From Alphaproteobacteria bacterium (GTDB taxonomy: Bacteria > Pseudomonadota > Alphaproteobacteria > Rickettsiales > JABSSG01): 64,000 nt of DNA. The notes below the pieces were generated by a model. That model ran no database searches, was not told the DNA's origin, and worked only from the letters and a program-made list of their open reading frames with translations. Both the position numbers and the translations under genes were made by a program. Positions 10,336 to 19,106 of the stretch are shown one piece after another. Each line of letters starts with the position of its first letter. Position 1 is the stretch's first letter. The stretch lies in contig JAUIIY010000002.1 of NCBI GenBank assembly GCA_030431375.1, positions 143,910 through 207,909 on the forward strand, given 5' to 3'.

Positions 10336-13025
10336 TGAAAGGAAATTTCAAAAGAGGTTATCCCGCTACTAGATGTAAAGGCTCGTATCTTCCAGTTATG
10401 CTTTGTTAGAATCGCTTGGGTCACTGCTAGTCCTAACCCTCTACCACCAGCCTTGCTGCGGCTCCTAGAGCTTTCAAAAAATGGCTCAAATATCTGTTTC
10501 TCTTCACCTTTTGGTATTCCTATTCCCTTATCAGATATTAATAGTTTATTATGAGTTATCCTAATAATAACCTCTGAGCCATCACTAAATCTATAAGCAT
10601 TATCAAGTAGCTCATTTATTGCTTGTGAAATAAATAATTTGTCACACAAGATGTTTATTCTTTGGTGAGTAGAGGAAAATTTAACATTAGAGTGTTTTTT
10701 TACAAGAGCTTTGCAAATTGCTACTAGATCGTTAGGTTTGAGATCAACTTGTAATTTATTGCTTTGTAAGCTGCTAAAGTCTAAGAGATTTTTCATCAAA
10801 GAGCTCAGTCTTTTTGTATTAGTTTTGAGCTCATTAACATATTTCATTCTATCTTCTTCTGAGAAATATTCCCAATGTTCAATTAGTCCTGATGAAATAT
10901 TAGTTAGTGCATGAAGTGGTGTTCTAAGTTCATGGTCAATATTTTTTAAGAATCTATTTTTTACGCTAAGAGCTAGAGTTAGATCTGATGTTTTTTCTTC
11001 AAGTTTTTTATTGAGTGTGTTCTTATACTCAATTATTTGTCTTTGAACATAGCTCCTATTTCGCGAAAAGATTAACCCAATCAAAAAAGATAGAGCTAAA
11101 AGGTAAATCACATCATTGTGTATATGTTCAAGGTTGATTGTAACAATAAAAACTTCGTACGTTCCAAGGATATAATATGCGAATAAATAACCTAATGCCA
11201 AACCAAGAACTAGAAGGACTGAACAGATAAACCAATCAGTTAGAATGGTTACTAGATAAATCGAAACGGCAAGATTAAACCACCATATAATTTCTCCATT
11301 ATTGGAAATTAGCATAAAAATACTGTTGAAAGGTAATATATATAGAATGCTTGCATACCAATAAATAGGGAGGAAGATTTTTAATTTTTTTGGCCATGAG
11401 TCGTGCATAATCAACCCAAAAGCAATCACAGCGGATAAAATTCTGGTGAAAACTATAATATTATAGTGAGGTACACTCAGACTGTTACTCCAAATAATGG
11501 TAGGAAATATAAAACTTAGGATTATGAAGCCTCCAAAAGTTTTATATTGTGCTCCCGATTCATGAGCTTTGTCTGATATAATGTGAAGGCATTGTTTAGC
11601 GAGTAATTTAATTTTGGCTTGAGGGTTAGATCTAAAAGGTTTGCTGCTATATGGTGCTTTACTGTTTCTCTTTACAGGAGCGCTTCTCCTGTTGATTAAC
11701 AAGAAAGCAAAAAAAGATAGAGCATTAACAAGGGTGCTGATCAAGGCTGAAAAATCTTTTAAAAGCTCTAGGTTGTTGCAAGCAAACAGAGATAATATAC
11801 CTAAGAATATACAGATATATAATTGCTGAGTTCTTATTTTTACATTCAGTAAACCTAAAAATAGAGGCAACATAACTGTTGCAGACCAAATGCTCAATGT
11901 GTTGGCTATAATATCTAAAACATTTTCATGATATATCGCTATCAATACACTTGCCATACCTCCTATTACTGAAACCAACTTTGCCAAAAAAACTGTCTTT
12001 TTTTCTGAGTTTAGCTTTGGCATGATATCATTAACAAAGCTTATTGCACCAGTATTCAGGTTTGAGTCAGCTGTAGACATAATAACAGCTAGAATACCAG
12101 CTATAGCAAAGCCTCTAAAGCCACTCGGCAAAATATCATTAACTAAGTGTGGTAAAACTAGTTTTGATGGCAAGTCAGGGTATAGAGCTAAACCTAATAA
12201 GCCAATAATTGCTATGACAAGTAGGAATGGGGCCTCTATTGCTGCACAAATATACATAGACCTTCTTGTTTTATCTGCGCTTTTTGCAATTAATATCCTT
12301 TGTGCCATCAATGCTTCAAATGGTATAGAGAAATAGATTATGACAGGTAAAACGTAAAATAAAGTTTTATTGTCCGGTAAACTCAAATGGTTTTTAGGGA
12401 TCTCCTGAAATAGCGCTCCATATCCTCCTATCTTTGTAAGCCCTAAATTACATATTAGTGGAAATGCTATTATTAAGATCAAAAATTGAAAAATATCAGT
12501 AGCAATGACTGACTTCATGCCACCTAGAGCAGAATATAACACTACTATGCCTGCGCTAATATAGATGCCTGTAGTTCTATCAAAGTGCAAATAATATTCC
12601 ACTACATATCCTATGGCTGAAACCTGGGCAGTGACCATGCCCATTGAAACAAGAAATGCAATTATTCCGGTAACCTTTCTGCTTTTTTTGCCATAAATTT
12701 GGCCAAGTAAATCTCCACTAGAAATTGCGCCAGAAAATTGTTCTATATTTGGTGCAATAAATTTAGCAATTATAATTTTTTGAATTACCTGACCAAAGAA
12801 AATTATGCCAAAAATTATACTTGTTTGGTGGATTTGCTCTATGATACCGATCGTGGCGCCTCCCCCGATAAAAGTTGCAAAGATTGTTGCTACAACGGCG
12901 AATGTTGAGTAGTTCTTATCACCTAGGGCATATTCGTTGAGAGTTTGTGCTTTCTTTCTTTTGCACAAACCGATTACCATTGTTAATACTAAATATAGTA
13001 TAATGATATATTGATCTAGATTCAC
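10332..13025 (-). CDS. Sodium:solute symporter (SSF) fused to a sensor histidine kinase
   Basis: 897 aa with a GTG start. Roughly the first 450 aa are an SSF core paralogous to the ORF at 22528..23913. About 150 aa of extra TM helices follow. Then come HisKA (NIDHELRTPLHAL) and HATPase_c (ELLDNAYRFS, DKGIGI, GGRGLGLA). There is no receiver domain. Confidence 0.85.
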   Translation of the reverse strand: MNLDQYIIILYLVLTMVIGLCKRKKAQTLNEYALGDKNYSTFAVVATIFATFIGGGATIGIIEQIHQTSIIFGIIFFGQVIQKIIIAKFIAPNIEQFSGAISSGDLLGQIYGKKSRKVTGIIAFLVSMGMVTAQVSAIGYVVEYYLHFDRTTGIYISAGIVVLYSALGGMKSVIATDIFQFLILIIAFPLICNLGLTKIGGYGALFQEIPKNHLSLPDNKTLFYVLPVIIYFSIPFEALMAQRILIAKSADKTRRSMYICAAIEAPFLLVIAIIGLLGLALYPDLPSKLVLPHLVNDILPSGFRGFAIAGILAVIMSTADSNLNTGAISFVNDIMPKLNSEKKTVFLAKLVSVIGGMASVLIAIYHENVLDIIANTLSIWSATVMLPLFLGLLNVKIRTQQLYICIFLGILSLFACNNLELLKDFSALISTLVNALSFFAFLLINRRSAPVKRNSKAPYSSKPFRSNPQAKIKLLAKQCLHIISDKAHESGAQYKTFGGFIILSFIFPTIIWSNSLSVPHYNIIVFTRILSAVIAFGLIMHDSWPKKLKIFLPIYWYASILYILPFNSIFMLISNNGEIIWWFNLAVSIYLVTILTDWFICSVLLVLGLALGYLFAYYILGTYEVFIVTINLEHIHNDVIYLLALSFLIGLIFSRNRSYVQRQIIEYKNTLNKKLEEKTSDLTLALSVKNRFLKNIDHELRTPLHALTNISSGLIEHWEYFSEEDRMKYVNELKTNTKRLSSLMKNLLDFSSLQSNKLQVDLKPNDLVAICKALVKKHSNVKFSSTHQRINILCDKLFISQAINELLDNAYRFSDGSEVIIRITHNKLLISDKGIGIPKGEEKQIFEPFFESSRSRSKAGGRGLGLAVTQAILTKHNWKIRAFTSSSGITSFEISFH

Positions 13026-13176
13026 CCCACGACTCCTACCAGGACTTAATTATAATTTAATATATCGGGCGCAGAATTTTTGTCAAAGTAAAATCATTAT
13101 GGTAATTTTTAGGAATATGTAATTTATACTTGTATCTAATTTTATGTTATTGTATAAAATACAGAATCGGAAGTAA

Positions 13177-13252
13177 GGGGATGTAGCTCACCTGGTAGAG
13201 CGCCTGCTTTGCACGCAGGAGGTAAGCGGTTCGAGTCCGCTCATCTCCACCA
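13177..13252 (+). tRNA. tRNA-Ala (anticodon UGC), CCA encoded
   Basis: GGGGATGTAGCTCACCTGGTAGAGCGCCTGCTTTGCACGCAGGAGGTAAGCGGTTCGAGTCCGCTCATCTCCACCA folds as a cloverleaf. It has a 7-bp acceptor stem with the G3:U70 Ala identity pair, anticodon loop TTTGCAC, and T-loop TTCGAGT. Confidence 0.97.
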
Positions 13253-14104
13253 TCTTCTGATGTCTCTAAAAAGCATTTCTGCGAATAATTTCCATCTGTT
13301 GCACATAATAGGGTTCCTCTGCGCGTTTGCAATTGCACTAACGGTTTGTACAAAGCTCCATAAAATAATTCGTCTTTTATCTAGTTTTAGCTTTTCAGAG
13401 ATTGTTTGCAGTCTTTTCTCAAATAAATTCTTTTTATAAAATTGTGGCTCATCAAAAATTGGATTACGAAGAAAAGCCCCAATCTCAAACTCTGCTTCGC
13501 CCAGATAACCCTTTGGGTCAATGATCAACCACCCATCTTGCTTGGAAAATAAAATATTATAATGGTGGAGGTCTCCATGTAATAAGAGTTTTTTATTTTG
13601 AGAGGAAACAAGGTAATAAAAAATCTCTTCAGCGAGAGAAACCATATAAGTTGTGATATGTAGAGAATTATACGCTCTACCACTTGTAAGAACTTCCCCT
13701 AAAGATGTAACATCCTGTATCTCACCAATTATGTTTGCTGATATTGTAGCTGAAAAAAGTTTTTTGAGTATTTGGCAGAATATAATAGTGGCCTCTACAT
13801 CATCTTTCAGGGCAGTTTCCACTAATGTTGAGCCAGGCAGTATTTTTTTCTGTAAGATGGCTCTATGGCTCGTTTGATATATTATGGGCGATATATGTTG
13901 TAAACATTGTTTCATTATATAGCCCTGGCTTTTCTCGTCAGAGTGCTCTTTAAATATTTTCAATAGAGATGGAGTTTTTTTATATGAAACCTCATACAAA
14001 AAGCTCGAGTGCGTTTCTTGATATTTTTTGATATTCTCTAGATCCCAGAGACTTTTGTAAAATTCAATCTCAACAGAGTGATCAGTCATTATTTTTTGTG
14101 ACAA
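13241..14104 (-). CDS. Kinase of the aminoglycoside-phosphotransferase APH(6)-like / protein-kinase-like fold
   Basis: 287 aa. Catalytic-loop motif HGDLHHYNILF and metal-binding IIDPKGYLGE resemble APH(6)-type kinases. The last 12 nt, including the stop, overlap the 3' end of tRNA-Ala on the opposite strand. Confidence 0.6.
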   Translation of the reverse strand: MSQKIMTDHSVEIEFYKSLWDLENIKKYQETHSSFLYEVSYKKTPSLLKIFKEHSDEKSQGYIMKQCLQHISPIIYQTSHRAILQKKILPGSTLVETALKDDVEATIIFCQILKKLFSATISANIIGEIQDVTSLGEVLTSGRAYNSLHITTYMVSLAEEIFYYLVSSQNKKLLLHGDLHHYNILFSKQDGWLIIDPKGYLGEAEFEIGAFLRNPIFDEPQFYKKNLFEKRLQTISEKLKLDKRRIILWSFVQTVSAIANAQRNPIMCNRWKLFAEMLFRDIRRWWR

Positions 14105-15080
14105 ATTTATTCAGAATTCTGTAAATAACGATTATGGCTAGCAATATACTCAATCTTGGCAAGAAAACGGATAAGATACTGAGTGAGAGAAGCACGCTGT
14201 TATATTTAATAATTTTTTTGGTCACTTTAGCGTGGCAGTTAAGATTTCTGGCGGCTACTTGGAAGAAATGCTGGGTATGAGGTTCCCAGAATCTTTCTTT
14301 CCTTATAATTCGTTTCAATAAGGTTATTGTGCTATCAGCTATATAATAGCCAGGAATTATTATGGCTGCAGCTAGGAATCCGTTTTTAGATAGCACAAGC
14401 ATCAATGTGCCGCATACAAGCCCTATAACAGTGCTACCAACATCTCCTAGGAAGATTTTTGCAGGAGACCAATTGTGAGCTAAAAACCCCTTACATGCAA
14501 AAGATAGGGTTAAAGCTAAGAAAATAAAAAACTTATTATCCTCATAACTTCCAAAGCATGCGACTATTATTATGAAACTTACTGCTATATGGATAGCTAC
14601 GGATGAGGCTGAGCCGTCAATCCCATCCATAAAATTATATATATTAATGAAATAAACCATTCCAACCAAGATAATAATATTTAACATATCGCTAGGTATG
14701 AAATCAAGTTGAGGAACATGTATAGGAGATAGGCTTTGGATAACCAACCAGGAAGACAAGAATTGTACAGGAAGCCTTATGATTATTTGTAAATGAAAAA
14801 TATCATCTAGAGTGGAGATAACTGCTAATATAATAATTGCAGCTAGCAAATAGATTATTTTAATTTCCTGATTGATATAAAAATAATAAAAAATCGTTGC
14901 CAGAGACAATAATATCGCCACAACAATGCCACCAGAAGTTGCGGTAGAGGCTTTGTGTTTTTTCCTTTCGTTAGGGTTGTCCAGTAGTTTAATTCTCGGG
15001 AAGAATTTAACACATAGGCCCGTCAGATAGTGTGCTAAGCTAAATATAACTACACTGTATATTAATAGGGTAATGAGCAT
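14082..15080 (-). CDS. Polyprenyl-phosphate sugar-1-phosphate transferase (glycosyltransferase family 4, MraY/WecA-like)
   Basis: 332 aa, polytopic. Carries the characteristic NFMDGIDG motif and VGSTVIG. Confidence 0.8.
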   Translation of the reverse strand: MLITLLIYSVVIFSLAHYLTGLCVKFFPRIKLLDNPNERKKHKASTATSGGIVVAILLSLATIFYYFYINQEIKIIYLLAAIIILAVISTLDDIFHLQIIIRLPVQFLSSWLVIQSLSPIHVPQLDFIPSDMLNIIILVGMVYFINIYNFMDGIDGSASSVAIHIAVSFIIIVACFGSYEDNKFFIFLALTLSFACKGFLAHNWSPAKIFLGDVGSTVIGLVCGTLMLVLSKNGFLAAAIIIPGYYIADSTITLLKRIIRKERFWEPHTQHFFQVAARNLNCHAKVTKKIIKYNSVLLSLSILSVFLPRLSILLAIIVIYRILNKFVTKNND

Positions 15081-16159
15081 AACTTTTTGTATAATTTAAG
15101 ATATTTCTTTGCCATTATATCAATTGTGAAAAGTTTCTCGAATCTTTTTTTAGCATTAGCGCCAGCCAGTTTGTTGAATTCTCCTTTAGATACAATATCC
15201 ATAGCTTTTCTTAGGTCTTTTGGATCTGGTGCTACACAGCAACCTGTTTCTCCAGAAATATTTACAAATTCAGTTCCTGTGCCTATTTTACAAGAGATGA
15301 GGGGTTTACCTAAAGATGCTGCCTCAAGCAAAACTGTACCAAAAGCTTCTGATCTTAGATGTGAAGGTAAAATTAAGCCTGATGACTTTTTCAGAATATG
15401 TATTTTCTGGCCTTCAGGCAGCTTACCTAAAAAAGACACTTGTGAATCGACAGCTAATTTTTTTGCGAGTATTATCAGCTTCTCACCTTCAGGCCCATCC
15501 CCTATGATTAACAGCTTGTGTGAGGTTCCTTGTAGTGCCCTAATTGCAAGGTGAAGGCCTTTATAATATCTAAGTACTCCTATAAAACAAAAAAATTTAT
15601 CAGGTATAGAGAAATCTATTGGTGTCTCATCTTCTATTTTTAGTGCCTTAATGCCAAGAGGAATAACTTCTGCTTTATTTTTAAATTTCTCAAGGTTTTT
15701 ACTATTTTCAGCATATTGAGGCGAGGTTGCTACGATAAGATTGACACTCTTTAAAAAAAATTTTTCTATTGGAGAATATAGTTTCATCAAAAATTTCTGC
15801 TTTACTATGTCGGAGTGGTAGGTGACTATAGATTTTTTGTTTCTTGCAAACAATAAATGCAGGAGGTCTGCAAAAGGCCAAGGGTAATGGTAATGAAGAA
15901 TGTCGTATTTTTTTATTATTTTTTTGAAATTAACCAGTAACGAAAGCGAAAAGGGGCATGAAGAGAGTTCAAAGGTTTTTTTGAATGTGTAAATGGTTTT
16001 GTTATCATATTTTTCGATGCTGTTTTTTTCGCCTATGCATAAAATATCGGACTGAACATCTTGTTCCTTAAGTTTAGCAGATAAATTTTCTATAATTGTT
16101 TCAACGCCACCATAAGATAGGGGGTTGGCTGTTTTATAGATGTGCAGAACTTTTAACAT
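15062..16159 (-). CDS. Glycosyltransferase, GT-B fold (group 1 / GT4 family)
   Basis: 365 aa. N-terminal GGVETI, and a C-terminal E-x7-E type motif SEAFGTVLLEAASLGKPLI. Confidence 0.85.
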   Translation of the reverse strand: MLKVLHIYKTANPLSYGGVETIIENLSAKLKEQDVQSDILCIGEKNSIEKYDNKTIYTFKKTFELSSCPFSLSLLVNFKKIIKKYDILHYHYPWPFADLLHLLFARNKKSIVTYHSDIVKQKFLMKLYSPIEKFFLKSVNLIVATSPQYAENSKNLEKFKNKAEVIPLGIKALKIEDETPIDFSIPDKFFCFIGVLRYYKGLHLAIRALQGTSHKLLIIGDGPEGEKLIILAKKLAVDSQVSFLGKLPEGQKIHILKKSSGLILPSHLRSEAFGTVLLEAASLGKPLISCKIGTGTEFVNISGETGCCVAPDPKDLRKAMDIVSKGEFNKLAGANAKKRFEKLFTIDIMAKKYLKLYKKLCSLPY

Positions 16160-16216
16160 TGTGCTTTTTTTGTATATAATATATTCTCTGACCCGAGATA
16201 AATTACATTATATATT

Positions 16217-17650
16217 ATGATCATACCAGTTATTTTGTGTGGTGGTGTTGGGAGTAGGCTGTGGCCTTTGTCAAGGAAGTCCAATCCAAAGCAATTTATT
16301 AAAATTTCGGGAGAGAATCACAATTCTCTTCTTGAAGAAACTGTAGAAAGAATTAGTGACAAAGAGATTTTTGACGACCCTATCATATTGTGCAATAAGG
16401 ATTATGAGTTTAAAATAAGGGAGATTTTAGCAAAAAAAGCCATTTCCCCTAAAAAGATTATTCTTGAGCCTGAGGGCAGAAATACTGCGCCGGCGATTGC
16501 TGCAGCTTGTTTTCTTGCTGCTGAAAAAGAGAATGAAGACAAAAGTTTATTAATACTTCCAGCTGATCATTATATTGAAGATTTTTTTAAGTTTAAAGCT
16601 AACCTAGTTGATATATCTAGGTTGGCACAAAGTAAAATAATAACTTTTGGGATAAAGCCCACTCATCCATCTACAGCGTACGGTTACATTAAGCAAGGGC
16701 AGGAATATGGGTCAAATATCTTTGATGCAGAAGAATTTGTTGAGAAGCCTAACAAGGATCTGGCTGAAAAGTATTTATCCTCAGGCATGTATTTTTGGAA
16801 TAGTGGTATTTTTCTGCTTAACACAAAAATTTACTTAGAAAATCTTAAGGAGTTTGAACCTGAAATCTATAACAACACACTTTTAGCTGTAAAGAATGGG
16901 AGTGATCTTGGTTATACATTTAAACTAGAAAATAAGTCTTTTGGAGCTAATAAAGATATCTCTATAGATTATGCTGTATTAGAAAAGAGTAAAGAAATTT
17001 TATTATCTCCGACTCAGATTAATTGGTCAGATGTCGGGAGTTGGTCTGCAGTATATGAAATAGCCAAAAAAGATGAAGAGGAAAATGCCATAATAGGAGA
17101 TGTTGTGGCAATTAATTCTAACAATAATTTAGTTTATTCCGATGATATGTTGACTACATTAGTGGGGGTTAAAGACTTGGTAGTAGTCTCGACAAAGGAT
17201 GCAGTGTTAGTTGCTAATAAGAATGATTCCGAAAAAGTAAAAGATATAGTAAAGAATCTGAAAGAAAATGAAAGAAAAGAATCAGATGAGCATCTAAAGA
17301 TATACCGACCTTGGGGTTTCTATGAGGATATTAATAAAGGAAAGAGTTTTCGTACCAAGCAAATAACTGTTAATCCGAAATCTTCTCTATCGCTTCAGTC
17401 TCATGAGCATAGATCAGAGCATTGGGTTGTAGTAGAGGGACAAGCCGAGGTTACCAAAGGAGATAATGTACTCACCTTAAAGACTGGCGAGTCTATCTTT
17501 ATTCCAGCAAAAGAAAAACATAGGATAGCAAATAAAACAGACAAGTTGTTAGTTATCATTGAGGTTCAAACAGGAAGCTATTTGGGTGAAGATGATATAA
17601 CAAGATACGAAGATATTTATGGTAGGTCCGACGGGTCTCTGAATTCATAG
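16217..17650 (+). CDS. manC: Mannose-1-phosphate guanylyltransferase / mannose-6-phosphate isomerase (bifunctional type II)
   Basis: 477 aa. Motifs GGVGSRLWPLSR and WSDVGSW, plus a C-terminal cupin with HRSEHWVVVEG. Confidence 0.9.
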   Translation: MIIPVILCGGVGSRLWPLSRKSNPKQFIKISGENHNSLLEETVERISDKEIFDDPIILCNKDYEFKIREILAKKAISPKKIILEPEGRNTAPAIAAACFLAAEKENEDKSLLILPADHYIEDFFKFKANLVDISRLAQSKIITFGIKPTHPSTAYGYIKQGQEYGSNIFDAEEFVEKPNKDLAEKYLSSGMYFWNSGIFLLNTKIYLENLKEFEPEIYNNTLLAVKNGSDLGYTFKLENKSFGANKDISIDYAVLEKSKEILLSPTQINWSDVGSWSAVYEIAKKDEEENAIIGDVVAINSNNNLVYSDDMLTTLVGVKDLVVVSTKDAVLVANKNDSEKVKDIVKNLKENERKESDEHLKIYRPWGFYEDINKGKSFRTKQITVNPKSSLSLQSHEHRSEHWVVVEGQAEVTKGDNVLTLKTGESIFIPAKEKHRIANKTDKLLVIIEVQTGSYLGEDDITRYEDIYGRSDGSLNS

Positions 17651-19065
17651 ACAACATAATATTTATCAGCATATATTTTGTGCCACTCTTTCGTGTTTTG
17701 TAGCGCTTTATGCAGCATTTTCTCTTTTGCTAACACGTATCCTTTAATGTTATATTTTTTCATTATTTGATAGTTTTTCTGGCAAACGAACATAGGTATA
17801 TCTAGATATTCTTGTAAAACTTCTTCTGGGTATGCTGTTCCTGCCCGGCCATCCACGAAGACTTTTTGGTTTCCATTGCCGTAAAAAATAATTGCCCCGC
17901 CCATAGAATAATCGTTTAAGAAATTCTGGTTTGGGTAGTTTTTGATCAAAAACTCAATGGCATTTTTAGGATCTTTTTTTGAGGTGATCTTGTCTGGCAT
18001 ATATTCTGAGAAATAAAACACGCAAACTAATAGGTTTAACAAGAGACAAATTGATATGTTCCTTTTTGTGTTGAGTCCTAAAAAATCTAGTTTTTTTAGA
18101 ATATTTAGTTGCTGAATATTCGTAGCAAAGAAAGCGGACGATAATACGGCAAATATTGGGATGTTACGCACATGGAGTAAAGCCAAGAATAGCCATATGA
18201 TAGCGTTTAATTTATCTACCAGAGAAACTTGTTTGTTCTTTACATTAAAACTTAAAATAAACAAAAAGAGGTAAATCGCAAAAGGGAAGAAGTTATTGCC
18301 AAGTTTATAGGCTTGCCATTCATCGATCGCTTTTGTGAAGTTGCTTGCTGTTGTGCTTGTGACTGCATATATAATTTTGAAATGATATGGATTTACCAAT
18401 ATTGATAAGGCAGTTATTAAGCAAAATAAGAAGAATAATCTGTCTGTTTTCTTTAATGTTTTAGCCTTTTTCCAGTTTTCTAGAAACCGGAAGACTAAGA
18501 TTAGACATCCGGCAATAAAGCCACCATGCATATTGACCCATAATAACATTATGATGGGTAAGGGAATGAGATATTTTGTTTCTTTTTTTGAATTATAAAG
18601 TTCTGTTAGAAGTAAGTAGCAAATTGAGAATAAATATGTAGCTATTTGAGGGCGTGAGACTGCGAAATCCCACATCACCAAAGAAAGAACAAATATGGTG
18701 AAAAGAATAGAAATATTGTTAAGGTTATTTTTCTGCTTCAAATATAGGGCTGTTAAGGTAATTGTCAGAGAATTTATAAGACTGTCAAAGAAAAATAACC
18801 ACTTTCCACTAACTTCATTATATATAAAGGATGAAAGGATGTCCCATAACCAAGAAATATTATACCAAAAATGATCGGGGGAAGAAAAAGACCAACTATT
18901 TGGTAAAATAAGTTGTTTTTTCTCTAATATCCAATTTCCGGCTGTAATATGCCAATATGTGTCATAATCATCTAAAAGTGGGGGTGAGTTTAGAAGGAAA
19001 AATGTAAGGCCCCATAGGAAAACAAACAACAGGAAGATGCAATTAGAGTTAGTTTCGCTTTTCAT
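17617..19065 (-). CDS. Polytopic membrane protein, possible GT-C-fold glycosyltransferase
   Basis: 482 aa with about 11 hydrophobic helices. Acidic LLDDYDTYWH lies just after TM1, where GT-C enzymes carry their catalytic acidic motif. A soluble tail of about 130 aa follows. Located in the glycan cluster next to manC. Confidence 0.4.
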   Translation of the reverse strand: MKSETNSNCIFLLFVFLWGLTFFLLNSPPLLDDYDTYWHITAGNWILEKKQLILPNSWSFSSPDHFWYNISWLWDILSSFIYNEVSGKWLFFFDSLINSLTITLTALYLKQKNNLNNISILFTIFVLSLVMWDFAVSRPQIATYLFSICYLLLTELYNSKKETKYLIPLPIIMLLWVNMHGGFIAGCLILVFRFLENWKKAKTLKKTDRLFFLFCLITALSILVNPYHFKIIYAVTSTTASNFTKAIDEWQAYKLGNNFFPFAIYLFLFILSFNVKNKQVSLVDKLNAIIWLFLALLHVRNIPIFAVLSSAFFATNIQQLNILKKLDFLGLNTKRNISICLLLNLLVCVFYFSEYMPDKITSKKDPKNAIEFLIKNYPNQNFLNDYSMGGAIIFYGNGNQKVFVDGRAGTAYPEEVLQEYLDIPMFVCQKNYQIMKKYNIKGYVLAKEKMLHKALQNTKEWHKIYADKYYVVYEFRDPSDLP

Positions 19066-19106
19066 ATCTATATTGATTTTACAATTAGATATTCTATAGG
19101 GTTTTT

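Noticed and set aside
13147-13439. ORFs 13147..13353 (-) and 13209..13439 (+), which span the tRNA-Ala gene.
   Set aside because: They are read straight through a perfectly folding tRNA gene. The region downstream is better explained by the kinase ORF on the minus strand.
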